Assembly: GCA_050013395.1 (NCBI GenBank)
Contig: JBEKFI010000010.1
Span: 1-63,502, forward strand
DNA: 63,502 bases
Reading direction: 5' to 3'
DNA from: Verrucomicrobiia bacterium
GTDB taxonomy: Bacteria; Verrucomicrobiota; Verrucomicrobiia; Palsa-1439
The notes beneath the pieces are model-generated. The model made no database searches. It saw only the letters and a program-made list of their open reading frames with translations, and was not told where the DNA came from. This document shows, piece after piece, positions 9,723-18,756 of the stretch. Each line of letters begins with the position of its first letter. The stretch's first letter is position 1. The translations under genes were made by a program, and so were the position numbers.

Positions 9723-10481
9723 TCAGCGCCGCCAGCCTCGCGCTGCCTTGACTCCGGCGGCAACTGCCCCGAAAGCCAGCACCAACTGAAAAGTGGTCGG
9801 TTCCGGCACCGGCTGGATCGCAAAGGCATCGTAATTGATGAAGTACGACGCGGTCTTCGTGTTCCGGACGCCCAGTGTGTAACTACCGGGATCGCCGATG
9901 CTAAAAACCGCGCTGTACGAATCCCAGCCCGATCCTGTGGGAACGGTGTGTAGGCTGCCAATCGCCGTGTTCCCGACGGTGAACGTGAACTCGCCGTCCT
10001 CGAGTGTCAGCGTGCCGACCGTCGGGATGGTCACTGAACCGGCCGGAGCGGCAGCGTACACGGAGATCACATAATCTCCCGCTGTGTCAAACGAAACCGC
10101 CTGACGGATGGTATCAATGGCGGCGTATGTGCTGGCATACTGTTGTCCCTCCGGCGCGGAAAACATGGCTGACCATGTGTACAGTGCGCCGGTGGACGAG
10201 TTGCTCGCGTAAGGCTCGACCACGCCGGCATCGTTGCTGAACATCCACGGTCCAGAAACGGGTTTCACAAAACCGCCGCTGCTCACCTCGTAGTTTTCAA
10301 AACCGGGGTCAGTAAAGGATTGGCCTTGCACGACGCTGACCGCGGCGGCAAACGAGGCGACGACAACCGCGAGTTGTGCCCAACGAGAAACAGCCGAGCG
10401 ATGGCGGAGACCGAGCGCGACGACTATTCCGAGAGCAATGCGCCTCATGCCAATTCTACTGCTCATTTGTTTGGTCTGCAT
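9723..10481 (-). CDS. PEP-CTERM sorting-domain secreted protein
   Basis: C-terminus reads VPEPTTFQLVLAFGAVAAGVKAARGWRR (PEP motif, TM segment, basic tail). N-terminal signal/TM segment present. Confidence 0.75.
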   Translation of the reverse strand: MQTKQMSSRIGMRRIALGIVVALGLRHRSAVSRWAQLAVVVASFAAAVSVVQGQSFTDPGFENYEVSSGGFVKPVSGPWMFSNDAGVVEPYASNSSTGALYTWSAMFSAPEGQQYASTYAAIDTIRQAVSFDTAGDYVISVYAAAPAGSVTIPTVGTLTLEDGEFTFTVGNTAIGSLHTVPTGSGWDSYSAVFSIGDPGSYTLGVRNTKTASYFINYDAFAIQPVPEPTTFQLVLAFGAVAAGVKAARGWRR

Positions 10482-10737
10482 GACGCGACGAGGTATTCAT
10501 TGGAGCCGCTCTTCATTCTCGCTTCCAGCCAATTGGAGCGACTCGCAGTATGTCCCACCAAATGCACGTATCTGCTCACCTGAAACTGAACGGAGGCTAC
10601 CACGGCGGCAGGCCGCAAAGCAAGGAAATTCTGTGGTTTCAAGCCATGGAGGGCCGCGCCTGCGTGCGGCCGGAACCGGGCACAGCCTGTCAATTGCCCG
10701 ACATGCCAAAACCACCTAACACAACTCGACTTTGGTC

Positions 10738-10799
10738 TGTAGCCGCACCCTTTAGGGTGCGTGAATGGCGCAACTGCGCAGGCTGAAGCCTGCGGCTAC
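10738..10799. repeat. REP-like composite palindrome, family 1
   Basis: TGTAGCCGCACCCTTTAGGGTGCG ... CGCAGGCTGAAGCCTGCGGCTAC. Confidence 0.7.
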
Positions 10800-10846
10800 G
10801 GGTTTCGTTTGGCGAGCCAAGCGCTTTTGGTGGCTCGGACGGCGCG

Positions 10847-11524
10847 CTACAGCAGATTCTGGAGAAACCGGTCGAATCGGGGGCGCCAGTAGTGTTCGCG
10901 GTCGAACGAGAGTGCCACCGTTGTCGCCCGACCCACGATCACGTCGCGCGAGACAAGCCCAAAGTACCGGGAATCGAAACTGTTGTCGCGGTTGTCGCCC
11001 ATGACGAAGTAGCGCCCGGTGGGCACGTGGACCGGGCCGAACGACCGCAGCGCGCGTTGCGACGGACAAATCATCACCGGATGCGTCCGGCCCGCCACGG
11101 TCTCGTCGAACACGAGCGCGGATTCGCCGGCGATTGCGTCCGAGGCTTCGTAGCTCGCGGGTTGGCCGTTCAGGAAGAGCCGGTCGTTCCGCATCTCGAT
11201 CACGTCGCCGGGCACTGCCGCCACCCGTTTCACGAGCCGTTTGCCGTCGGCTGGTGAACGAAACACAATGATGTCGCCGCGTTGCGGATCCGACCACGTC
11301 GCAAGACGCATTGTGCTGAACGGAACCTTCAGGTCGTACGCAAGCTTGTTGACCAGAATGCGATCTCCAACCAGGATCGTCGGCCGCATCGAACCGCTTG
11401 GCACGTCATTCCAATCCGCGACCACCGACCGCAACGGAGCCACGATTGCTACCGCAATGAGCAATGGCTTCACCCACTCCCGCCAGAATCTCCCCAGCTT
11501 CTTTCTCATGCGCGCCTTAGACAA
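10847..11524 (-). CDS. lepB: Signal peptidase I
   Basis: SGSMRPTILVGDRILVNK (catalytic Ser box), a KRV box and GDNRDNSFDSRYFG. Confidence 0.9.
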   Translation of the reverse strand: MSKARMRKKLGRFWREWVKPLLIAVAIVAPLRSVVADWNDVPSGSMRPTILVGDRILVNKLAYDLKVPFSTMRLATWSDPQRGDIIVFRSPADGKRLVKRVAAVPGDVIEMRNDRLFLNGQPASYEASDAIAGESALVFDETVAGRTHPVMICPSQRALRSFGPVHVPTGRYFVMGDNRDNSFDSRYFGLVSRDVIVGRATTVALSFDREHYWRPRFDRFLQNLL

Positions 11525-11746
11525 TGAAGCGCCAAGCCGCGTTCACGTCCGGCGGAGGCCGTTGGTAGGGCGGCTTGGCCCAAGCCGCCGTAGTCTCCAG
11601 CCACCGCGATTAACCCCCCCACTTTTAATCGCACCTGCTGCTACAGCAGCCATTGCTTCCGCTTGCAGACATGTAGCGCCTTTGTCATATCCACGCGCCA
11701 TGAAACGCTGCTCGGTGGCCTGATTGCTGCTATTCACAAAGCCACT

Positions 11747-13141
11747 ATGCGGAATCCTCTTCTCAGCGCCATGAACCGCTGCTCGTGGCATCTTCTCTTC
11801 GCCACGAGCTTGATGTTGGCCGCCACAGTTCGGGCCGAAACCGAGTCAATTGATCTCAAGGCGCTCGCCAAGAAGGCGCGACCGGCGGTGCTGCTGCTGG
11901 TCGTCTCCGACGCCACCGGCAAGGAAATCGCCACCGGCACCGGCTTCCTCGTCTCCAGCGACGGCAAGCTCATTACCAATCACCACGTCATCGAAAATGC
12001 CGCCAGCGCCGTCGCCAAAGCCGAGAACGGCGCCCTGTTCCCCGTCGAAGGCGTTTTGGCTGACGATCCGAAGAACGACCTCGTGCTGTTGAAGCTCAAA
12101 GGCAAAGCCGAGTCCGACGAGACGCAGCCCATTCATCCTGCTGCAAACCTGCCGTTCCTGCCGCTCGGCAATAGCGACAAGGTCGAAGTCGGCACGCGCA
12201 TCGCCGTTATCGGTAGCCCGCTGGGATTGGAAGGCACGTTATCGGAAGGCATTGTCTCCGCCGTGCGCGAGTTTATGGGCGATCAACGCTTGTTGCAGGT
12301 CACGGCAGCCATCTCGCCGGGTTCCAGCGGCTCTCCCGTATTGAGCGCGAAAGGCAATGTCGTCGGCGTCGCGTCGGCACTGCTGCGCGGGGGACAATCG
12401 CTGAATTTTGCTGTGCCAGCCGAAATCGCCAGAAAATTGCTGCAAGCAGACGCAAACGTGACAGCCAAATCGCTGACCAGTTTTCGGGACACACCTAGCG
12501 ACTCGGATTCGGAGGTTTACCAGTCCTCTGAATACCGAGAAACAAATGCGGCGTTTGTATCTGCGGACTGGGTGGCCATGCTCAAGGCAAGCCAGGCTTT
12601 GGTTCAGAAATTTCCCGAAAGCTGGGTCGGTTATTCCAATCTGGGCCTTGCGTATGAACAGATGCACTTCTTTGACGACGCCGTAGCCGCCCATCGCCAA
12701 GCGATCAAGCTCAAGCCCAACTTCGCCGGTGAGTGGTATAACTTGGGAGCTGTTTACCTCCAGCAACGCAATTACGACGACGCCATTGCCGCTTGTCGCC
12801 AAGCGATTAAACTCGCGCCTGATTTCTACCTCCCGTGGCACAACTTGGGAGGTGCTTACCTTCTGCAACACAAGTACGACGACGCCATCGCCGCCTCGCG
12901 CCAAGCTATCGATCTCAAGCCTGACGATGCCAAGGCGTGGTTCCTCCTTGGGGACGCATATGACAAGTCTGGGCGCACCGACGACGCGATTGCGGCCTTT
13001 CGGCAAGCAATCAAGCTGAAGCCCGATGATGCCGACGTATGGTACTTTTTAGGCATCGCGTTTCGCAGAGCTGGTCGCTCCAAGGACGCGACTGATGCGT
13101 TCCAACAGGCCAAGAAGTTGAAACCCGAATGGTTTAAGTGA
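11747..13141 (+). CDS. Secreted trypsin-like (S1C) serine protease fused to five TPR repeats
   Basis: TGFLVSSDGKLITNHHV (His box), DLVLLKL (Asp) and SPGSSGSPVL (Ser box). The C-terminal half has 34-aa repeats (AxxxYxxAIxLKPD). Signal peptide follows ATG 11747. Confidence 0.8.
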   Translation: MRNPLLSAMNRCSWHLLFATSLMLAATVRAETESIDLKALAKKARPAVLLLVVSDATGKEIATGTGFLVSSDGKLITNHHVIENAASAVAKAENGALFPVEGVLADDPKNDLVLLKLKGKAESDETQPIHPAANLPFLPLGNSDKVEVGTRIAVIGSPLGLEGTLSEGIVSAVREFMGDQRLLQVTAAISPGSSGSPVLSAKGNVVGVASALLRGGQSLNFAVPAEIARKLLQADANVTAKSLTSFRDTPSDSDSEVYQSSEYRETNAAFVSADWVAMLKASQALVQKFPESWVGYSNLGLAYEQMHFFDDAVAAHRQAIKLKPNFAGEWYNLGAVYLQQRNYDDAIAACRQAIKLAPDFYLPWHNLGGAYLLQHKYDDAIAASRQAIDLKPDDAKAWFLLGDAYDKSGRTDDAIAAFRQAIKLKPDDADVWYFLGIAFRRAGRSKDATDAFQQAKKLKPEWFK

Positions 13142-13608
13142 CAGTTACGACGCGAAAACTGCTGGCCTTACTGAGGACGCTGTGCCCTCGCAGGTGGTAT
13201 CTTAAATTCTACTTGGATTGCATAAACCGTGCTTACCGAAGGGAGATCGCGGCTGTAAGGAAGACAGGGAATCGCGATGAAGTTGATCGCATTGGTGGCG
13301 CGTGGGTCGGCGAATCTGCACAGATCGAGGAGGAACTCAATCTGCTTGAGACCAGAAGGTTGGTCAATGAAGCACAGCGACTACGGCTTCCAGTTCCCGA
13401 CAAGCCCACTGGCGATACCGAGGACGACAATTGGATTCGGGGAGATTTATCTGAGCAGTGGTGTCTTAAAGCTGAAGGCTATTCCAAGATTCGGGCGCAA
13501 ATACGCATCGAGCGCGAAGAACGCCGTGAGGCTTTAATGGCGTTGGCGACTATCATCACAGGAATAATAGGGGCGCTAATGGGGCTTGTCGCAGTCTGGC
13601 GGCGGTGA
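13138..13608 (+). CDS. Hypothetical protein with a C-terminal membrane anchor
   Basis: GTG start overlaps the protease stop (GTGA). Charged coiled-coil-like body and a hydrophobic tail, ALMALATIITGIIGALMGLVAVW. Located in a low-GC stretch. Confidence 0.4.
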   Translation: MTVTTRKLLALLRTLCPRRWYLKFYLDCINRAYRREIAAVRKTGNRDEVDRIGGAWVGESAQIEEELNLLETRRLVNEAQRLRLPVPDKPTGDTEDDNWIRGDLSEQWCLKAEGYSKIRAQIRIEREERREALMALATIITGIIGALMGLVAVWRR

Positions 13609-13760
13609 TCCCTCGGAGTGAGGATTGCCGGTGCAGTGCGGCCAGCGGTATGATGACGTTTGTGAACAAAATGGATCGACTACCTTCTTCGGGTCTTTGG
13701 TGGTACGCCGAACACTTCTGCCAAGCAGGATCGCTTGTGGCGGAATGCCCAAACCAACCC

Positions 13761-14780
13761 TCAGCAAGTCCCATCCTTCGTGCTTAACGGGAAAAGCCGC
13801 TCAAGAATAGATTCCCCGTCGTTACAGGGCAGCGTTTCGAGAACACGGACTGGTGGCTCACCGAAATCCGTTTGGATGACGGCCACGCCAGTTACATCTG
13901 GTGGGGGTTTAAGCGCTATATTTGAATATTCAGGTAAACGGCGCAGTTCCCAAGCGTCCGTGTGGCGGAATAGACTGAATGTGCGCACGTCCAGCACTAT
14001 GAAATACATTTGACCCTGCTGGATGGTCTTCTTCTTGCGTTTTTCGTCTATATCACGCTGCAAGATCCCCATCAACTTTTCGACACCAAAGGGACTTCGG
14101 TCGAGCAAATCTGTTATTTGAGGGTCTCTCGTGGGGCCCTCTGCTATCACTTTTAGATATTTGCGACCGAAAACTGTGCCCGGCCCAAGCGCTGAATAAT
14201 CCAGTTCTCTGAGGCGTTCCTCAAACTGTTTGATTTCACGATGCAATTCTTGCACGTCACCCTTGTTGGCGAGAAGAAAGCATCTGCGATCCCAATTATC
14301 TTTCAGTGTGATATGGTTTCCGATTTGATTCAACCGGGCGTTTCCTTCATGAAGCAGCGCATCAATCTCCAGGTCGCGCGCGAACTCACGCATCACTAAT
14401 TTGGTTTCGATCAGCACTCTATTGCCGTCCAGCGTGACTTCAAAATCAGGCGGTTTCTGCAAACTCGTATCGTCGAACCGTGTCGAATCCGCCCGCCGCG
14501 AAAGATGATTTGCGATAGCCAACTCGGAGAGGCAGGGCCACAGATTATTGAGCTTGTTCAGAGGTTGAAATCGTCTCGATAACCACGAGCTAAAGTCCAA
14601 TAGCTTGCGAGATTTCTCTGCCTCCTTGGCATTCCTTAGCCAGCTTTCGACTGCGTCGAATACTTTACAGCGGGTTGATTCGCAGAAATCCCTGTAAAAA
14701 CTGATCAGCGGATGCGTTTCAGGTAGGCAAGAGAGCATTGGCCATCTCTCAACTTCATGAGGTGTGTGCATCAGCACCAT
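13761..14780 (-). CDS. Hypothetical protein with a candidate PD-(D/E)xK nuclease motif
   Basis: 339-aa ORF in a stretch of about 47-50% GC. It contains KPPDFEVTLDGNRVLIETK, i.e. a PD ... ExK arrangement. I recognise no other family signature. Confidence 0.5.
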   Translation of the reverse strand: MVLMHTPHEVERWPMLSCLPETHPLISFYRDFCESTRCKVFDAVESWLRNAKEAEKSRKLLDFSSWLSRRFQPLNKLNNLWPCLSELAIANHLSRRADSTRFDDTSLQKPPDFEVTLDGNRVLIETKLVMREFARDLEIDALLHEGNARLNQIGNHITLKDNWDRRCFLLANKGDVQELHREIKQFEERLRELDYSALGPGTVFGRKYLKVIAEGPTRDPQITDLLDRSPFGVEKLMGILQRDIDEKRKKKTIQQGQMYFIVLDVRTFSLFRHTDAWELRRLPEYSNIALKPPPDVTGVAVIQTDFGEPPVRVLETLPCNDGESILERLFPLSTKDGTC

Positions 14781-14933
14781 GCATTCTTATCCGAAATTCC
14801 AGAATTTGTCACGCTGGCAGTCGGTATGGCCAATTCTCCACTCGACACGCTCAGTCCTCGGCGGGCCGTCCGTGTTCGCCGTGGCGGAGGTTCTCCACGA
14901 TTTGGCGGGAGGACTTGCTGCGGACCAGGCCAG

Positions 14934-15467
14934 CTACCACTTCACCTTGACACTGCGTTTCTGGCCGAGGCGATCGGTGAAGGAGACTTCGCCGTGACGT
15001 TGGCCGTGTTCGTGAAGTTCCTTGGTGATCTTCACGTCGAAACAACAGTACTCGGCGATCTCCATGATCCTGCCTTCCTTCCACCATTTCAACGCCATCA
15101 TGCCGTCGGCGACCTTCGGTGCGTTGAGCGTGGTTTTGGCAACGGCATCCAGAGAGATGCGGTGCCCGAGTTTGGCTTCAAGATCGGCCATCAAATCGAG
15201 AGTGGGCACGGCATGGAGGTCCAACGGGGTGTAGCCGTGCAGCACTTCGTAGTCGAAGTTAATGATGTTGAACCCCACGACGAGATCGGCGCGCATCAGT
15301 TGTTTGACGAGATCGTTGACGTGGGCTTCGTCGTAGATTCTGTATTGACCGTCGGCGGTGCTGAAAGTCACGCCGACCGACATCAGCATGTCGCGTTTGC
15401 GATCCCAGCCGCCCACATCGGCAGCGCTTCTCTGCGTTTCCAAATCGAAATAGACGATGTTCTTCAT
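14934..15467 (-). CDS. RNase H-like / DEDD-type 3-prime-5-prime exonuclease domain protein
   Basis: MKNIVYFDLETQ (Exo I DxE), VVGFNIINFDYEVL (Exo II) and EYCCFDVKITKELHEH (Exo III-like). Start taken at MKNIV. Confidence 0.65.
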   Translation of the reverse strand: MKNIVYFDLETQRSAADVGGWDRKRDMLMSVGVTFSTADGQYRIYDEAHVNDLVKQLMRADLVVGFNIINFDYEVLHGYTPLDLHAVPTLDLMADLEAKLGHRISLDAVAKTTLNAPKVADGMMALKWWKEGRIMEIAEYCCFDVKITKELHEHGQRHGEVSFTDRLGQKRSVKVKW

Positions 15468-15476
15468 TCGCATTTC

Positions 15477-15536
15477 TGTAGGCCGACTCTGCGAGTCGGC
15501 GCTTCCACAACGCCGCTTCACAGAAGCGGCCTACAA
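15477..15536. repeat. REP-like composite palindrome, family 1
   Basis: TGTAGGCCGACTCTGCGAGTCGGC ... GCCGCTTCACAGAAGCGGCCTACAA. Confidence 0.8.
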
Positions 15537-15758
15537 CGACTCATTCTCACGGCGCGATGCGCGGCAATGCCAGCGTCCGCATTGTGTGCAAGCCGGGTTT
15601 CGCTTTGACAAGATGCGGAATCATGTTCACCAAAACCGGCGGCGCGCCGCCCCGCGCCCAATTGCGCCCAAAGCATATTGAATGGTACGAATCGGTTTGC
15701 TCACGCAACGAGTTTAGTGGCATCCCCCGCCCGCATCAACGAGAAAGCTGGCATGGGT

Positions 15759-17333
15759 TCATGGTGCTGACGAAGGAGTGGCGCGATACCCGTAGCAGTT
15801 GACCACGTAAAACGTGCGCGAGCGCGATGGACCGGTCGCCACCTCGATCCGACGAGGTTCGTCCATGTGGTCAAAGCCATGACTCAACTCCGCGAGCGAT
15901 CCGATGTGGAGATTGTTTAGCACCGCGACAGCCGGAAGTCCTTCAAGCTGTCGGAGGTCTGTCCAGTAGCGATATCCAAGCCCTTGCTTGCCCAAGGCAA
16001 AGGTGTTGACTTGTTCATCAGGCTCTCGCGTATAGAAACCCAGCTCGGCAGCCAGGGGGTATTTGTCGGTGCCGATAGTGAAGACCTTCCGGCCCGTGCG
16101 TTTCTCCAAGTTCTCCTCGGCGGCCTCGATTGTTCGTCCAAGCTCTCGCCAGCCCCCCGCATCGTGATAGACCAATGCTTTCGGAACGACCCAGACCAAG
16201 CTGCCCATGGGCAGGAGAAATACCGCTCCGCAGACCGCAGCAGTGAAAAGACCGCCCGCGCGCCACCAACGGACCCGACCCGGTCGCGTGTCATCGAGTC
16301 CTTCCGCAAACACAGCGGCGCCCGCCAGCGTCAGCGACAGATAGGCTGGCGCGGTCCAGTTAATGTGCACGTCGGTGGTGAAACTCGCCTTCACGAAGAC
16401 GAGAAACAGCGGCACAAAGAACGATGCCACGAAATTCCACCGATCGTCTCGTTGCCACCAGCCGGATTTGATCGCGTGCCAGGCCGCCACGATGAACAAC
16501 GCGAACAACATCGGCGTGAGGGCGCCCACCTGCATGCCCCAGAAGTTAAGGACATCCGTCAGGGTGTCCGGGTTCGGTTGCGAAGAGCGCAACGTCTGAA
16601 ATCGGAATGAGGCCCAGTCGTGCTGCGCGTTCCAGATGATAACGGGGGCGAATACTAACAGCGCGATAATCAACGCAATCCACGGTTGGGCACGACGCAG
16701 CCAGACGCGGTGTTCGCGCGAGAACAGGAGGAATAATGCCAGAGAAGGTCCCAACATCACCGCCGTGTATTTCGATAGCAAGGCCAGCCCGAATGCAAGG
16801 CCAGCCAATAGCCAGTACAGGGTTCGTCGCGTGCGGCCCGCGTTTGCTCCGGCGAAGGGCCGCGGCGCAACGCCTCTGGCATGAATCGCTTTGGAAACCA
16901 GATACAATGTCAGCAGCCAGAAAAAAATCAGCGGCCCATCGGGGAAAGCAAGCGTGCCTGTTCCAACGAAAATGGGCAGAATCGCGAACAAAAAGGCTGC
17001 CCACAAGGCGGCTTGTCGGCCAAACCAGATGCGTCCCGTCAGAAAGATCAGCCAACACGAACCCAGCGACAGGATGATCGTTCCCAACCGCACCCCCAAC
17101 TCCGTGTCGCCAAGCAGCGCAGTGCCCAACGCAATCACCCAGGCGACCATCGGCGGATGATCGTAATAGCTCAGGGCGGGATGTTGCAGATAGGTCCAAT
17201 AGTAGGCCTCCTCCGGCAACAACTCCGCGCGCGCGGCGTAAAACAGCCGCATCGCACCCAACAAAACCACCGCCGCGATCACGCCGAAGCGCAACCGGTC
17301 GCGGGCCCACAGATCATACACAACGTTTGTCAC
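15759..17333 (-). CDS. Glycosyltransferase family 39 (ArnT/PMT-like) integral membrane protein
   Basis: ELLPEEAYYWTYLQHPALSYYDHPPMVAW loop motif, more than 10 TM segments and a C-terminal soluble domain. Confidence 0.85.
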   Translation of the reverse strand: MTNVVYDLWARDRLRFGVIAAVVLLGAMRLFYAARAELLPEEAYYWTYLQHPALSYYDHPPMVAWVIALGTALLGDTELGVRLGTIILSLGSCWLIFLTGRIWFGRQAALWAAFLFAILPIFVGTGTLAFPDGPLIFFWLLTLYLVSKAIHARGVAPRPFAGANAGRTRRTLYWLLAGLAFGLALLSKYTAVMLGPSLALFLLFSREHRVWLRRAQPWIALIIALLVFAPVIIWNAQHDWASFRFQTLRSSQPNPDTLTDVLNFWGMQVGALTPMLFALFIVAAWHAIKSGWWQRDDRWNFVASFFVPLFLVFVKASFTTDVHINWTAPAYLSLTLAGAAVFAEGLDDTRPGRVRWWRAGGLFTAAVCGAVFLLPMGSLVWVVPKALVYHDAGGWRELGRTIEAAEENLEKRTGRKVFTIGTDKYPLAAELGFYTREPDEQVNTFALGKQGLGYRYWTDLRQLEGLPAVAVLNNLHIGSLAELSHGFDHMDEPRRIEVATGPSRSRTFYVVNCYGYRATPSSAP

Positions 17334-17412
17334 GTCCGCCGATGCCTCTTTCTTGCCATCACCACGTCATTCGACCATGCGGCTCTGGCTTCCGTTCGAT
17401 TGTAATGATTGT

Positions 17413-18606
17413 TCAGTCCCGGCGCAGCCACCAGACCGCCACAGTGCCCGCGGTGAACAATATCGTGCTGTACGCGAATGCCACTTGCGTCCCCCACGCC
17501 GTCCACAACGCGCCCACCACGACGCTCGAAACGAAATCGCCGACGCCGTTGACCGTTGCCAACACGCCGAAACCCATACCGTGATGTTCCTTGTCCACCA
17601 ACTCCGCCGCCAACGAATCCTCCAGCGCTTCTTCGGTGGCAACGTAGATGCCGGCGAGAATGAACACCACGACGAGTATGGCTAGGTTTATCCCGCTCCG
17701 AGCGGGATTCATCGGCGCAAACATCAGCACCAGCCCCATCACTGCCGCCAACGCATAACCGCCTGCCAACAGCGCGCGTTTGTCGAAATGATCGGCCAGC
17801 CAGCCCGCAACGAAGGCGAACCCTGCATACAGCACGTTGTGCAGCACGTACAACGACACCGCAATAGTGGCGGCTCCGCCTGCCCCGTACTGCGGTTTCA
17901 GCTTCTGCGTCGCCAACAGAATCAACATCGTATGCGCGAAATCGCCGGCACCGAACAATCCCACCGCCAGCAGGAACCGCTGAAACGGTTTCGGCAACGC
18001 CGTCAGCCGCGCGCGGAAGGAAATGTACTTCACGTGGATGCGTTCCTTTTCCTCGACCAGAAACGCAATCGCCACTGCCGCCAGCAAGCCCGGGATGAGC
18101 GTCACCAGCAGGACGCGGGGAAAATTGCCGCCGAAGACAACCAACAGAACCGTCGCGGTCACCGGACCGACAATCGCGCCGCACGTATCCATCATCCGTT
18201 CGAACCCGAACGCGCGTCCGTAGGTTTCGGGCGTGACCGCCGCCGCGAGCAACGCCTTCCGCACCGGCGTGCGCACCCCGCGTCCCAGCCACGCGCTCGA
18301 GCGACACAGCAACACATGCCACGCCTGCGTCGCCAAACCGATGCACGCCGTCCCCGTGGCCGTGACGATGTAACCGACGACTGCAATCGGTTTACGGCGC
18401 TTCAAATGATCGGTGAAATAGCCGGAGCCCATCTTGGCGAAGCTCGACAGACCGTCGGACACGCCTTCGATGACGCCGAGCCACGCTGCCGCCGCGCCCA
18501 TTGTGGCGAGGAACGCCGGCATCACCGCGGTGGCAATTTCGTGCGACCAATCGCTGAGCAATGACGCCAGCCCGATGCCGAGCACCGTGCGATTCAACCA
18601 ACGCAT
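17413..18606 (-). CDS. MFS transporter
   Basis: 397 aa, about 12 hydrophobic segments and an MFS-type loop GYFTDHLKRRKP. Confidence 0.85.
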   Translation of the reverse strand: MRWLNRTVLGIGLASLLSDWSHEIATAVMPAFLATMGAAAAWLGVIEGVSDGLSSFAKMGSGYFTDHLKRRKPIAVVGYIVTATGTACIGLATQAWHVLLCRSSAWLGRGVRTPVRKALLAAAVTPETYGRAFGFERMMDTCGAIVGPVTATVLLVVFGGNFPRVLLVTLIPGLLAAVAIAFLVEEKERIHVKYISFRARLTALPKPFQRFLLAVGLFGAGDFAHTMLILLATQKLKPQYGAGGAATIAVSLYVLHNVLYAGFAFVAGWLADHFDKRALLAGGYALAAVMGLVLMFAPMNPARSGINLAILVVVFILAGIYVATEEALEDSLAAELVDKEHHGMGFGVLATVNGVGDFVSSVVVGALWTAWGTQVAFAYSTILFTAGTVAVWWLRRD

Positions 18607-18756
18607 CTTGTGCCCGTGTTAACCAGTTGATTCAGCACCGCTTTCATTGGTGACCTTGATGCCTTTCAGATTCAGTTTATCAATGCGGTGGTCCAACTCT
18701 ACCAGTTGCGTAGCGATGTGGCCAGCAATTCGGGGGTGAAACATCTTTACAGTTCG

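Noticed and set aside
18619-18744. 41-codon minus-strand ORF (MFHPRIAGHIATQLVELDHRIDKLNLKGIKVTNESGAESTG) between the CBM9-like and MFS genes
   Set aside because: It is in a plausible position, but there is no RBS, motif or conservation evidence available, and it is too short to call.
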